A stretch of 64,000 nucleotides of DNA from Salpingoeca rosetta (Eukaryota; Protista; Choanoflagellata), in the NCBI GenBank assembly GCA_033442325.1, contig JAWQFM010000021.1:763189-827188 (forward strand), given 5' to 3'. The notes below the pieces were generated by a model. It was not told the origin of the DNA. It was given only the letters and a program-made list of their open reading frames with translations, and searched no databases. How positions within the stretch are numbered: position 1 is the first letter of the stretch; each line of letters begins with the position of its first letter. Made by a program: the position numbers and the translations under genes. Of the stretch, positions 1 through 13,327 are shown piece after piece.

Positions 1-37
<37 letters not shown>

Positions 38-125
38 CACACACACACACACACACAAACACATGCATGCATGCCACACAAACCACATACATGTGCACAA
101 ACACAACAGCGTGCAATACCCGTAC

Positions 126-2514
126 CGGTGGAGCTGGCCCAGACTGTGGATAAACGCCATGCCGTAGGCAATGTCCCGCATCAGGCGAGCCTTGAGCCGC
201 CACACCGCGGCAGCGTCTGCATCCTCCTGCACAGGTTCAGATGTACTACTACTGCTGCTGCTGCTGTTGCTGCTGCTGTTGCTGTCGAGTGCATCACCAG
301 TACCACTGCCATCGTCACCACCGTCATTGTCGCGCACGTCAATGGTTTCAGCAAGAAGGGTGTTGGGGATGACAGCAGCGGTGTCATCAACCGTGCCATG
401 CACATGGTTGTTGTCGTTGTGGTTGTCAGGGCCAACAGCAGAATCGCCCTCCACAGACCGCAGCACCTCTGCCAAGTCACGTCGCAGGAGCGACTGCAAG
501 GACCCAAACGCAACGAGCTCTAGCACGAGGAAGGGTGACCCTGTTGGCGTTGTGCCGGCGCCGAAGAAGCGAACGACGTGGGGGTGCCGGGTGTGCTGCA
601 GAAACTCCACTTCCCTGCCAAACTCGGCAACGGTGCTCTCGTCCATGAGCATGATGCCTTCACGCAAAATCTTCACGGCAACTTGTACCGTGTCCCAGTC
701 TGCTCGCCACACCTCGCCAAACGTTCCTGGCGACCCAGCGTCAATGCGTGACACCAGGTGCAGCTCATCAAAGCCAATCTCCCACGCCTTCTTCAGCGCC
801 ATCACCTCCTCATCCTTCTCCTCAATCAGGCGCTTCTGCAACTCGTTCTCGGACTCCAGCTGTACGCGGTATGCCCTGCTGCGCTGACGGCGACGGTAGA
901 TGGCAAATAGGCAGGGCCCCAGCGCCAGCCCAAACAGCGCAGCCGCCACCACAATGCCCGTAAGCTCGGCAGCTGTGAGCGCGTCGGGCACACACTGCCC
1001 GCCCTGCCTGCGAAACTGCGGCGCGCACCCACAGTTGAAGGTGTAGCCAATCTCCGTGACAAGGGCGTCCATGACGCTGCGGCGAATGCGCAGCGGGATG
1101 AGCTCAAAGCGGCACTGGACAGGGCTGCCCTCCAACGCAAACAAGGGGGCGCTGCTGCGCTCGGTGATGGTCTCGTCATTGGAGTTCCAAATGTTGCCCA
1201 CGCTGTTGCCTGCAGCATCGGCGTCTGCGGGGCCCAGCACCGTCTGCGCGCGTGCGGCGCTGGTCACCAGATCGAGGTTGTTGAGCCAGTTGTTCTGGGA
1301 CACGTCAACCACCTGCAGGCGGGAGAGGCACGAGCGCAGGAACTGCTGCGACGCAGCAGCCTGGTTGAAGGATGGATGGTGCAGGCGGCGTGCAAACAGC
1401 ATGCGCGTGCCCAAGAAGCGGCACAGCAGCGACGAGTATGCAATGTTGGTGTCGGAGATGTCGAGAATGCCAATGGATGGGGAGCGAAGCGTGTGCAGAT
1501 CGTGACACCCGGAGGCGTTGAGGTGGTTCAGTGGCCCCGCAAACACCGTTGCCAGGGCGTGGTTGTCCTGCAGGTGGAGGGAGGAGATGTTGTGCTGCGG
1601 GCATGCGTGCAGCGTGGTGATGCTGGTGAAGCGGATCGAGAGGTCGCGCACGTTCTGCTGCAGCGCACTGCACATGGCCGGCAGCAGCGGGCTGTCGTCG
1701 CTCAGGCCGGCCCAGCCCACAAACAGCGAGGCGAGGGAGAACCGCTCACCGAGCACTTGCACGGCCTCAGCGGTGAGGACGACGTTGGTGAGAGCCAAGT
1801 AGTGCATCCTGTCGGGTGACATTGCACGCAAGTGGTCACCTGTGAGGGTGATGAGCGGGGACGGGGCAACGGCGTGAGCGTGAGCGTCATCGCGGCCTGC
1901 CGCTGCCTCGCGTACCAGCGACAGCTGCACCTCTTCCAGCGAGGTGAGGTTGTGCAGCAGTGTGGGCGGCAGGTGCGTGATGGCCGTGTTGCTGAGGCGG
2001 AAAGCGCGCAGGCCTGGTGCATGGCGGAACACATCCGCAGCGATACTGGTGAGGTGCGGGTTGTTTGAGGCTTCCAGCGTGTGCAGGTCGGGGTGGGCTG
2101 AGAAGAGACCAGACGGGATGTGGGTGAGGAGGTTTCCGGAACACGAGAAGTGGCGTAGGCGCACGTTTGTGGCAAAGGTCTGCGGCCAAAGCCGTCGCAG
2201 GCGATTGCGATCAACACGGAGACTGGAGAGGCGTGACAGCCCGTCCAACGCATTCTCGGGAAGGCGTGTCAACCTTATCGCGCGCGCGTGTGTGCGTATG
2301 TGTATGTGTATGTGTATGTGTGCGTATGTGTATGTGTGTGCGTATGTATGTGTGTGCGTGTGAATGTGTGTGTATGTGTGTGTGAGGAGGGGAAAGTGGG
2401 AGAAGATGAGTGAGCTGCTTCCAACAAAGGCGCTGAAGTGATCGGAGCTGCAGCAATGACGACGAAACCACGTCAGTAACGAACCGCAGCAGTGCGCACA
2501 CACAGAACACACAG

Positions 2515-2577
<63 letters not shown>

Positions 2578-4948
2578 CACACACACACCCACACACCCAC
2601 ACAACACATAGAACACACATATATGCACACGCACACGCACACGCACACACTCACACACAGCACACAATTCACACAACACAAACGCACCTGTTGTTTGAGA
2701 TGTCAATACGCTGGACACGGACCGCGCCGTGAAACTGTGCAGGATCAATGTCTGTGATGAAGTTGTCTCGCAGGGAGATGGTGGAGGTAATGCCAAAGGT
2801 GGCAAAGGCGTCACGCGGCAGCGAGCGAAGCTGGTTGTCGTCCATCCAGAACAGCAAGATGCGCGGGTTGGCGGAGAAAAAGCCCGTGGGCAGGCTGGTG
2901 ATGGCGTTGCGAGAGAAGTACACCTCCTCCAGCGCAGGCAGGCCCTTGACAAGCAGCGGCGGCAGCTCCGTCAGCTCGTTGTCGTGCACGTCAATCCACT
3001 TGAGCCCCTTTGTGTCACGAAAGAGGTTGGGTGGCAGCTTTCGGATGGTGTTTGCGTTCATGTAGACGACATCAAGCTCCACCAGGCCCACGAACGTGTC
3101 TGCGCTCAGCTCGCCAATGGCGTTGTTGGCAAGGTCGAGCAGGATGAGGCTTGTCAGCCCGTGGAACAGATTCGATGGCACGTGGTTGAGGGCGTTGTTG
3201 CTGAGCCAGAGCAGCTGAAGCGACGACATGTGCTGGAAGATGCGCGGGTGCAGCGAGCCGACGCCGCAGTCAGAGAGCCGCAACTCCTTGAGGCGGGTGG
3301 TGTTGTCGAAGATGCCCAGGGGCAGCTCCGAGAGCGAGTTGATGGCCAAGTCAAGCAGGTCCAGGTTAGTGAGGGCAGAAAACGTGTCTGCTTCGAGGAA
3401 GATGAGGTTATTGCGGAAGAGCCAGAGGCGAAAGAGGCTCGTTGTGCGGTGGAAGAGGCCGGACGGGAGCGACGCAATGTGGTTGCGGTGCATGTTGAGC
3501 TGTTCGAGGCGGGTCAGGTCGTCGAATGCGCCTTGCTCGATGCTGCGGATGCTGTTTGTGCCCAGCCGCAGGTTGACCAGGTTCGACAAGCCCGCAAAGA
3601 CGCGCGCGGACACGCGCGTTAGGGCGTTGTTGTGCAAGCCGAGCACCTCCAACAGCGGGTTGTGTGCAAAAGTGTTGTCTGGCAAGTTTGTGATGCGGTT
3701 GGCGCTGAGGTCGACAGTTGTGAGCTGCGGCGCCGCCGCAAAGAGACCCTCATCAATGGATTCGAGGCCGTTGCTTCTCAGATTGATGGACTGCAGCTGC
3801 GTGAGCGTGGACAGGGATGACGGCATCACAAACCGCAGCCCGCGGCTGTTCCTGATGGCGAGCGTGCGAATGTGCTGCACCATGGCAAACGGGCTGCCGG
3901 TGACACCCGCATCGGTGACGCCGGACAGGCTGAGGACGTTGATGGAGGTCCAGTTGGCGTGCTGCAGGATCCACACGGCCGTCGCCAGGGAGAGGCTGCC
4001 TGTCAGCTGCAGGCTGTTGGGTTGCGTCTGGGCAAGATGCGTCAAGCCTGGAGCGGCGTAGCCACTCGAAGTGCCTGGGTCAGGGACGAGGGTGAGGTTG
4101 AGCCCAGATCCAGGGCGCGCCGTGAAGTCTTGGCTGGTTGGGCTGTCGTCTGCTTCAATGTGTATGGCAACCGCACCCCTGATGCGAGCAGTGCAGTTGA
4201 GCGCGAGCACGTCCTTGAGCAAGCACGCATGGTTTGGGATACCAACATCGTTCCGGCGCCGTCGTGTTTGAAGGTGGGATCGACTGTGACGCTGCTGCCA
4301 TTGACGCTGCTGTTGTCGCCAGGTCGGTTGCCGTGCACGGGCACTGGCCGAGGCGGCATAGCCAAGTGCGTCTGCAACGCGAATCACGGTGTGTTGTGCT
4401 GCTGTGGCGCGAGGGTTGGTTTGTTGCAGGTGGTGGAGGGCACGCAGCTGATCCGGGTGCCACTCGCGATCCACGTCGTCTGCCTCCAGTACAACCGCTC
4501 CCAGTGCGTCAGATTGTGCGCCAGAGTCAGGGTGGTGCTCAATGTGCCGAGCAGCTCGAACAGCCCTTGCAGGGTCCCCCCGCTTTGCATGAGTGTTGTA
4601 ACCGGGAGTGACAGGCACATGGGCGTGCGGTGATGATGTGGTTGCTTGCTGCGGTTGATCTTTGCTGTGAGGATCTTGGGTTGGTTCAGCGTTTGCTGAG
4701 GTTGCCTCTGTGGTTGCTTCGAGACACCTCACCAAGTCATAGGTGGCAACATCGCTTCCGCCACAGGAAATCACGCGGTCCACACACGAGGCTGGCACGG
4801 CAGGTGCAGGCGCGATAGCGGCGGCAAAAGCTGCCCTCCCTGGAGTCTCGAGGAGGAGGAGAAGGAACGGGAGAAGAAGGAGGAGGGGGACGACAGTCAA
4901 GCAAAACGTCGCGTGTCTGCTGCTGTGGCTCATCATCGCCATGGTCAT
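126..4948 (-). CDS. Leucine-rich-repeat receptor protein kinase (TK/TKL-like), 3'-partial; exons 4948-2688 and 2273-126, continuing off the window start
   Basis: Signal-like hydrophobic N-terminus and many LxxLxLxxNxL repeats in ORF 2669-4948. A GT-AG intron (2687-2274) joins ISNNR|LTRLPENAL. Exon 2 encodes more LRRs, a Cys cap, a TM helix (LTGIVVAAALFGLALGPCLFAIYRRR) and kinase motifs GSPGTFGEVW, VAVK, EFGREVEFL, HPHVVRFFG and IAYGMAFIHSLGQLHR, followed by an intron donor. Confidence 0.9.
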
Positions 4949-5662
4949 TCATGTGTGGCAGGCGTGTTCGTGGAAAACTATCGTGTGTCTTTTGCAAAAC
5001 CCACCCGCCGCCTTGACGGTCTTCCCCCCCACCCTCCTGCAGCGCTTAGAGCGCTTGCAAGCACCCAAGCACATCGCTCTATCGAGCTCGCTTGTGTTCT
5101 GTTGGTTCTTTGGTTCGAGGGTTCTTTGTGCTGGCGCTTTTGTCTTTTTGTTCTCGTGCTTCATGTCATGTCATCCTGCATCCTCTCACTCGCGCCTTCT
5201 TCAGCCTTCTAGTTCCTCATCTCGCGCAGCATGGGCGTTTCGTGCAATGGTGAACGCAAGCAGAGCAAGGGCGGCAGGCGCCAGAAGAAACACAGCGTCC
5301 AAAGGAACAGGGATTGTGCGTGGTAGGAAAAGGCGCCCCGAACAACAACAGTTGCAACGGTGGCTGCGAGCCGCACAAAAAGTAATACACAAACATGCCA
5401 GGGTGGTGGGCAAGGTCACGTGCACACAAGACAACAGCACAGCAGCACGTCGAACATGGCTTGGGCCGGTTCAAAATCAACAGACAAACCAGAAGGCAAG
5501 GGTAAAACCAATCAACCAAGCCAGGCATCAAGAGGGTGGGTGACAACGGTGGCGGCAGCAAGGAAAACAAAAAGCACACGGACGCACAACAATGCACACT
5601 CGCTGCTGAAAACGATTTTGAGGGTGCGTGGCACAACAGGGCGAGCCACCAGTTCACAGCAA

Positions 5663-8600
5663 TCACTCGTCGGTGTCGTAACCGCCAAATCCATCGAAAC
5701 CAGTGGCGTCATGATCGGCGGCAGCATACGTGGGCTCTTCGCCACCGTCGGCTCCGTCCACGTCAGCGCCCACGTCCAGGTACCCGGCCTCGTGATCTGC
5801 CACATCCTCCGTGTCGCTGTCTTCCTCAAACATGTTGTCCGTCGACATGGCGCTGTAAAGGGGGTTGAACACGGCGTGGCCTGGATCGTGAAGCGCAGCA
5901 GGCTCGTCGTACAGCTGCTCCTGCTGCTGGGCATCATCCGGAACATCATCGTACAGCCCGTCATCCTGCTGCATGGCAGTTGCGTCCTCGTACACTGGGT
6001 TGGTGAAGGAGACAGTTTCGCGCTGCTTCGAGGGCGCAGCGCCAGAGCTGGCTCCAACAGACGTGCGGCGACGAACAATCACAAACGCAACAAACGCCCC
6101 AAGCAGAACAAGACCACCAAGAACACCAGCGGCAATCTGCCACTGCGCAGCAGCTGTGGATGAGGATGCCTCGAATTTCCTCCCCGCGGTGGTCGTGGGG
6201 CCACTCAGCGTCGTGCTGTTCTCGGCAGTGGTAGTTGTGCTGGCCGTCGTCGTTGTTGTCGTGGTTGTTGTTGTCGTTGTCGTGGACGTTGTGGTGAAGG
6301 GGCTCTCCACAGCCGTGGGCGTGAACACGTAGCCATTCCACTCACCAGCCACGATGCCGCTCTGCACCAGCTGCAGTGCAACCTCAACAGCGTCCTCCGC
6401 AGTCAGCGCAGAGTTGAGCGTCACTGCATACACGCAACGAAGGGGGCATGAGTTCAGCACATGGTGTGGGACGTCGACGCAAGACAAGAGAACAGGAATG
6501 AGGTTCAAGGAAGAGGGAAAGGAGAGGAAGGAGAATGAAGCTGACAAGGTGCAGTGGTGGAAGCACGCACTAACGCGAGATATCAAGGAAGTAATGGCAC
6601 CGAACATCACACAGTCCAAGCAAGAACGTCAGCATGCTCTTTCACTCGTGCACACGGCGTCACGTACGAGGAATGCGCAAGGTTGCGTTCTTGACATATG
6701 GGTGGTCGTTGAGGTCCAGAAGGTGCGAAGCAGGGAACTCAACAGCCACAGCAAAGACCTGTGTGTGCACATAAGTCAACATGTCAGGATGAAGGAATGA
6801 CAACACGTCATGAGCTCACACACACACACACACACATAGAACACACATCAGCACACCTGAGCAGTACCATCGTCACATGAACGCATGACCACAACTACAA
6901 ACACACACACACACACACACTATCATCATTGCCCCATACCTTCGTTCCGTCGATGGAAATGTCGACGATGGGAATGCCAATGTCATTCAGCGCCCGCAGC
7001 GCACGCGACCGAACCACGTCCTCAAGCGTAGTGGAGATAGCTGTTGCGTTTGACGCGGAAGTCGAATTGGTTGTAGTGATCGCTGTAGAGTTTGTGATCG
7101 TACTGTTGCCAGCACCACCAGCACCGGCAGCCGTGGTTGTGATGGTCGTCGTTGCGGCTGTGGTTGTGGTTGTGGTTGTGGTTGTGCTGGTTGTGGTGGT
7201 GGGCAGGTCATCTGTTGTGGTGTCCACTTCAAACTGCAGCGAGTAGCGTGTGTCTGGGATCACGTACCCGGGCGAACCACCAGCGAGCAGCGTGGGCTCG
7301 GGCGGATCCGTGAACGTGACCGTGATGGACAGCTGCGAGTCGCGACGCAGGGACTGTGACGCGCCCTCGCTGTCCATGGAGAACATCATGCTCGACGCAG
7401 GGAACGGCAGGCGCTCCACTGCAGAGAGACGGGAGACGACGCGAGGAAAGCGTGGGTGGGGTTGTGGGGAGTGAAAGGTGTGCAGTGCAGTCGTGAGTGA
7501 GTGACGAAGAAGAAACGTGGTGGGCGAGTGAGGGCAGCAAACAAGATACGGCATCACAGCAGGAGAGACGCAATATCAAGACCAACAACACAGCCGCACA
7601 CGCACCCACACACACACGAGAACACACATACACATAAACATACACACACGCGCACACACACATACAGATACACATACACATCCAAACACACTTGCACGTA
7701 CTGAGCTGCTGCTGGAAGCTGCTGTGGATGGCGGCATCAACGGAGTTGTCTGTCGTCAAGTCCACGCGGCTGAAGTTGCCGACGTGCAGCAGCTGTGACG
7801 TGACGTCGGTGGCAAGCGGCTGCTGTGTTGCCACCCCAAAGCACGTGGCATTCACGCCAAACGAGTACACCGTGTAGTCCACCTCAGTGCGCAGCCCAAG
7901 TGCAGCCGTCACTGTGTCCCACACGGACCACATCTCCTCCTGATAGGCAAGGGGGGGGGGGTTGACCACAACACCAGCAGCAAGTGGTGGTGGTGAGCAA
8001 GGCACAGGCAACACCATTCAGTATGAGGACGTGCGTTATTGGGTGAGGGTGGTGAGGACTTGAGGTACATGCATGCGTGGTCGTGAGCACGTGCAAACAC
8101 AAAGCACACACGTATATACTGCACACACGTATATACTGCACACACACACACCACAGGCACACACACACACACACACACACACACACCACAGGCACACACA
8201 CACGTTTCGACTTCATATATGACTGCAGCCACGTCCAGACAAAACACGGTTCACACTTCCCACAAAGCACAAAGCACAACCAACCACTCACACAACAACC
8301 AACAACCCCACGTGCATCGTACCGGCTGCGCGTCGTCGGATGCGCACAGCGTGTAGTTGAAGGGCCAGGACGGCGTCGCCGTCGCCGTCGGCGCCACATA
8401 CGACACAGACACAAGCCGGTGCATCCACGACGACCCAACATCCGCCAGCGTCAGCAACACAAACTCCGTCACGTCGTTGTGCGTCGTCAGCGTCAGCGTC
8501 GCCCGCGCGGGCCGCCCCAGCACAGGCGCAAACTCTACCGTCTCAGGCACAATGCGCGCCGCATACAGCGAGCTCAGCAGCGTCACGTTGCGCACCCCGG

Positions 8601-11600
8601 AACTCACCTCAAGCACAAGCTGCGTGGCAACCACAGGCTGCACAGACACAACAGACACCCGCGCAGGCCACAGCGCGTTCGGCCCGCCCGGCACCCGCGA
8701 CCGCGTCACAAACGTCGCCACGTCCTTCGCCCCTCCACCACCGTGCTGCACGCGCACGGGCACAACGCCAAACTGCACCAGCTTCTCCTTCAGGTGGTCA
8801 AGGTCAATGTCCTCGCCAGCGCGCAGCGCACGCACCGTCACGTGCCACTGCATGCTCGCCTCCAGCCGCGGCACATCAAACTCGTCCCCGGCCGACGGCT
8901 GCCGCGCAACATACGTGCACAGGCACCCGTCGCACTGCGCGTCCACAACCGTGCGGCCCTCCCGGCTCAGGATGTCGTCGACCAGCGTCACCCCGCCGCA
9001 GAACCACGGGTTGCGCAGCGTCGAGCCGTGGAACGACACCACCCGCACCGCAGTCGCGCCCGTCGCAAGCACGCTCTCAAGCTCCTGCGCCGCCCGCACA
9101 CCGTCGCCCGCCTGCTCACCAAGGATCACCTGCACCTCGTGCCCGTCGTCCCCCGTGCCGGCCTCGGCGCGCGCAATCGTGCCTTCCTCCGCGTACCCGT
9201 GGATCTCCCCGCCAAACTGCAGCCGCAGCCGCCGCGGCACCACCCGCTCCGTCGGGCTCGTCACAACAGCCCGCACAACATAGTACGCGCCCCCGCTCGC
9301 CGTGCGCGCCGCCGGCTCAATGCGCCGCACAGACAGCGCCGTGTCAAACACAAACGTCGCCGTCGCCGTCGCCGTGCCGTGGTCGGGCGGCGGCAGCACA
9401 AACACCGTGCGCACGTGCCGCACGCCCTCGTTCCCGCTGCCGTCCACAGCCCTGTACGTCACCGTGAACGACTCGCTCCCCGCAATAGAGGCAGACGCCG
9501 TCAGGTTCGTCTGCTCCATCCCGTTAACAACAACAAACCCGTCAAGCTTCACCGTGGGCCAGTAGTTGTCCCACGCCGTCGCGCCCTCGTCCACGTACAC
9601 CGTGCCCTCCCGGATAAACAGCACCTGCGGCCCAATCCCGCGGATCTTCGGCGGCTCCGTGTCCCGCACCTCCACCGTGCGCGTCGCCGTCTGCACGTGC
9701 CCGCAGGGGTCCGCAACGCGGTACACCACCGTGTAGTCGCCAATCGCTGACGTGTTCACGTTGTCCTGCGACGACACCTGTGCCGTGACCTCCGAGTGGC
9801 ACCGGTCCGTCGCCAGCCGCACAGAGGGGTCCAGCCACGTGTACCCGTAGTCCGCCACCATCGGGTTGTCTCCGTACAGCTCAATGTGCGGCTTCTCCGT
9901 GTCCACAAACGCAATCACCGCAGACGCGCTCGCGCTGTTGTTGCACCGGTCTGTCGCCGTGAACCGCACCGTCAGGTTTGCCGCCATGCCGCACGTCGTC
10001 GTCTCCTCGATGCTGTGCGTCCACGCCAGGTCGTGCGTTGCCGAGCACAGGTCCGCGGCAACCGCCCCGCCGTTCATCTCAATAAACGCCTGCAGCACGT
10101 CCTCGTTCGTGTCCGCGTCGCACTGGTGCTGCGCGTGCGACGGCAGCCGCGTGAAGAACGGCGGCGTCGTGTCCGCCACAATCAGCTGCGCCGTCGTCCT
10201 CGTCGGGTTGCCGCACAGGTCCCGCACCGTGAACGTCACCGTCACGTTGTTGTTTCCGCACCCGCGCTGCAGCGTGCGCCGCACCTCCTCGTAGTTGTGC
10301 GTCCACGTCAGGTCCGCGCTGTTCTCGTCACAGTTGTCCACCGCCATCGCGTTGCCGTGCGTGTCCAGCCACGCCTGCACCTGCGCGTCTGTCTCGCCGT
10401 TGCAGTCCACATGCAGGTCTGTCGGCGCCTGCACCACGCGCGGGCCCGTCGTGTCGGAGACCTCCACCGTCTGCTGCGCCGTCCCCGTGTTGAGGCAGTC
10501 GTCCTCCGCCAGCCACGTCCGCTTCAGGTCGTACGTGTGCGGGCACCGCCCGTCCACGCGCTCCTCAAACCCGCTCACCACCGTCTCCTTGGTCGAGCAC
10601 GCGTCCCGCATGCGCAGGTCCGGGATGCCCGGCACCGCGTCGCACGACGCAGGCAGCACAGCGGGCAGCGTGTCCACGGGCACGGGGCCCACACGGTCCG
10701 CAATGGTGAACGTCGCCGACGTCGGCGCGACGTTGTTGCACTCGTCCACCGCATAGAAGGTCACGTCCGCCGTGAACGTCGTCGAGCACCCGCCGGTCGT
10801 GTTGACGTCCTGCGACGCAAGCGGCCCGCTCGTCTCGTCCAGCTGCACGGAGCGGTCCGAGTAGAACCACGCCACCTCCCCGCACGGCTCCCGCGCCTCC
10901 GCGTACCCGTGCGCCTCCAGGTACATCTGCAGCGCGCGCGTGTTGTTCTCCGCCACACACTCCACCACCGTGTCCACGGCGGGCTTGCTGATGACCGGCG
11001 GGATGTTGTCTGTCACGGTGAGCGCGTGCTTGGTGGTGGCGTTGAGGCCGCAGCCGTCCACCGCAACCCACGTGCGCACCACGCCGTACTGGAACGGGCA
11101 CGCCCCGTCCATGCGTGCGTCCGTGTACGTCGCCTCAATCTCGCCCGTGCAGTTGTCGTACGCCCGTGGTGCGGGCATCGTCACCGCCACATCGCACGTC
11201 ACCATCTGATCCTCGGCCTCCTCCAGGAACACGGGCGGACGCGTGTCCGTCAGCACAATCGCGGCGCTCACGGGTGTCCCCTGCCCGCAGTCGTCCACGG
11301 CCATGAACGTCACGTTCACAACGTCCCGGCACGTCTGCTCAAACAGCGACTGCACCCGCTCGTAGTCGTGGTGCCACGTGATCTGGTCCGCGCTGCTGCA
11401 CTTGTCCTCGGCCTCTGCCCCGCCGTGCGCGTCCAGCCACGCCTGGATCACCGCCTCGTTGTCCTCGCCATCGCACTCCAGCCGAAGCGGGTCCGGCTGC
11501 CGCGTGATGCGCGGGCCCGTCGTGTCGCGCACCGTCACGTTCTGCACATATGTGATGCTGTTGCTGCACACGTCCGTGAAGGTGAACGTGCGCCGCAGCA

Positions 11601-12888
11601 CATACGCGTGTGCGCACGCGCCGTCAACCCGCTCCTCCGCCGTCACGGCGTCGTACCTGCGCTCGCCACACGCGTCCACGGCAAACACGCCCGGCGCAAG
11701 CGGCGGCACCGCGCTGCACTCCGCAGTCACGCTGGCGGGCACGTTGGCGCCCACGGGCGGCTGCGTGTCCTCAATCGCAATGTGCACGTCCTGCTGCGAG
11801 GAGAGGCCGCACTGGTCCGTCGCCGTCACGCGGAACCGCACGTCGCCGGTCCCGCCACACTGCGCAAGGCTCAGCCCAAGCATCTCCGTCTCCATCGTCA
11901 GCGTCGGGCTGCAGTTGTCCGTCACCTGCACGCGCGCGTTCCGCTGCATCACCGCCGCCACGTCCCGCGTCACGTTTGCGCCGCACTCCAACGTCTGGTC
12001 CGCCAGCTCCGCGTCAAACACGGGCGCCGTGCTGTCAAACACGCTCACCACCTGCTGCGTGCTGTTGGTGTTGCCGCACCCGTCGTCTGCCACCCACGTG
12101 CGCTGCAGTGTGTACTCGTACGGGCAGCGGCCGTCCACGCGCGTCTGCGTCGCCGTCACCCGCGCCCCGCCGTCCGGGATGCACACGTCTGGTGCCGTCA
12201 GGTTGGCCACCGGCGGCACAACGTGGCACTCCGCACTCACGTTGCGCTCCGGCACCGTGGCAAACCATGGCGTGTTGTTGTCCGTCACCGTCAGCCGCCC
12301 AAGCACGATCTCGTCCACCTTGCCGTCGTTGAAGACGGCGTGGAAGTCAAACAGCCGCTTGTAGCAGTTGGGCAGGTGCCCTGCCGTGTGGTTTGTGCTC
12401 ATGTACGTGAACGTGGGCGAGCCGCAGTGCTCGTGGTCCAGCACGTCTGCCGAGCCCGCAATGCTTGCCCACGCGTCCACCTTGAAGGCAAAGTCCGGGT
12501 CGTCGCACGCCAGGGCGAGTGGCTCTGGCCGCGACGTGAAGTTGCAGTACACGCAGTCCTTGCCCTGCTCAATGCACGCGTGCGTGTCCTCCAGCTTGCA
12601 GTCTGCGGAGCACCCGTCGCCGCCCATGGAATCGCCGTCATCGCACTCCTCCCCTTCAACAATCATGCCTGAGCCCAGGCCGGGGGGGGGGGGTAATGGA
12701 GGGAGGACAGAAGAGGGGGAAGGAGAGTGTATTGTACGTGTGTGTGTGTGTGTATGCGTGTGTTTTCGTGAGTAGGGTGATATGAGTGGGTGGACCAAGT
12801 ATTTTAGGAGCAAGCAAGAGGCATGCATTCGTTCACTCATTCAATCGTTGTGGGAGTGTACAGCACAGTCAAACAAACAAATCCGTTT

Positions 12889-12925
<37 letters not shown>

Positions 12926-13290
12926 TGTGTATGTGCAGGACGGGATCTGTGTCCATGTGCCGTCTGTGTTGCAGGTCTGTGTCCATGTGCCGTCTGTGTT
13001 GCAGGTGATGGTGTCCAGGTCGTCCACGGCGTGGAAGCCGAGCTCGCACACATACGGGATGACGGCCGGGTAGCGCACGCTCTCTGTGCTCGTGGGATCC
13101 CCAAACTCAATCTGTGGTGGGTGCAAGTGCGGGAGTGTGCGTGTGTGTGCGAGAGCATGTGTGCGTGTGTGTGTATGTGTGTGTGTGCATATGTGCGTGT
13201 ATGTGTGAGTAGGTGCAAGGGTGTGAGGCTGTGGTGCGATATCAAGGCGACGCTGCAACCATACTTGTCATGCCACATTCGCGCACGAGC

Positions 13291-13327
<37 letters not shown>

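Noticed and set aside
171-887. 238-aa + ORF with poly-Leu resembling a signal or TM segment
   Set aside because: It is antisense to the kinase exon; the poly-Leu mirrors the Ser-rich insert.
8077-12672. Long + strand ORFs (557 aa and 958 aa, Arg/His-rich)
   Set aside because: They are antisense shadows of the GC3-rich minus-strand receptor exon.
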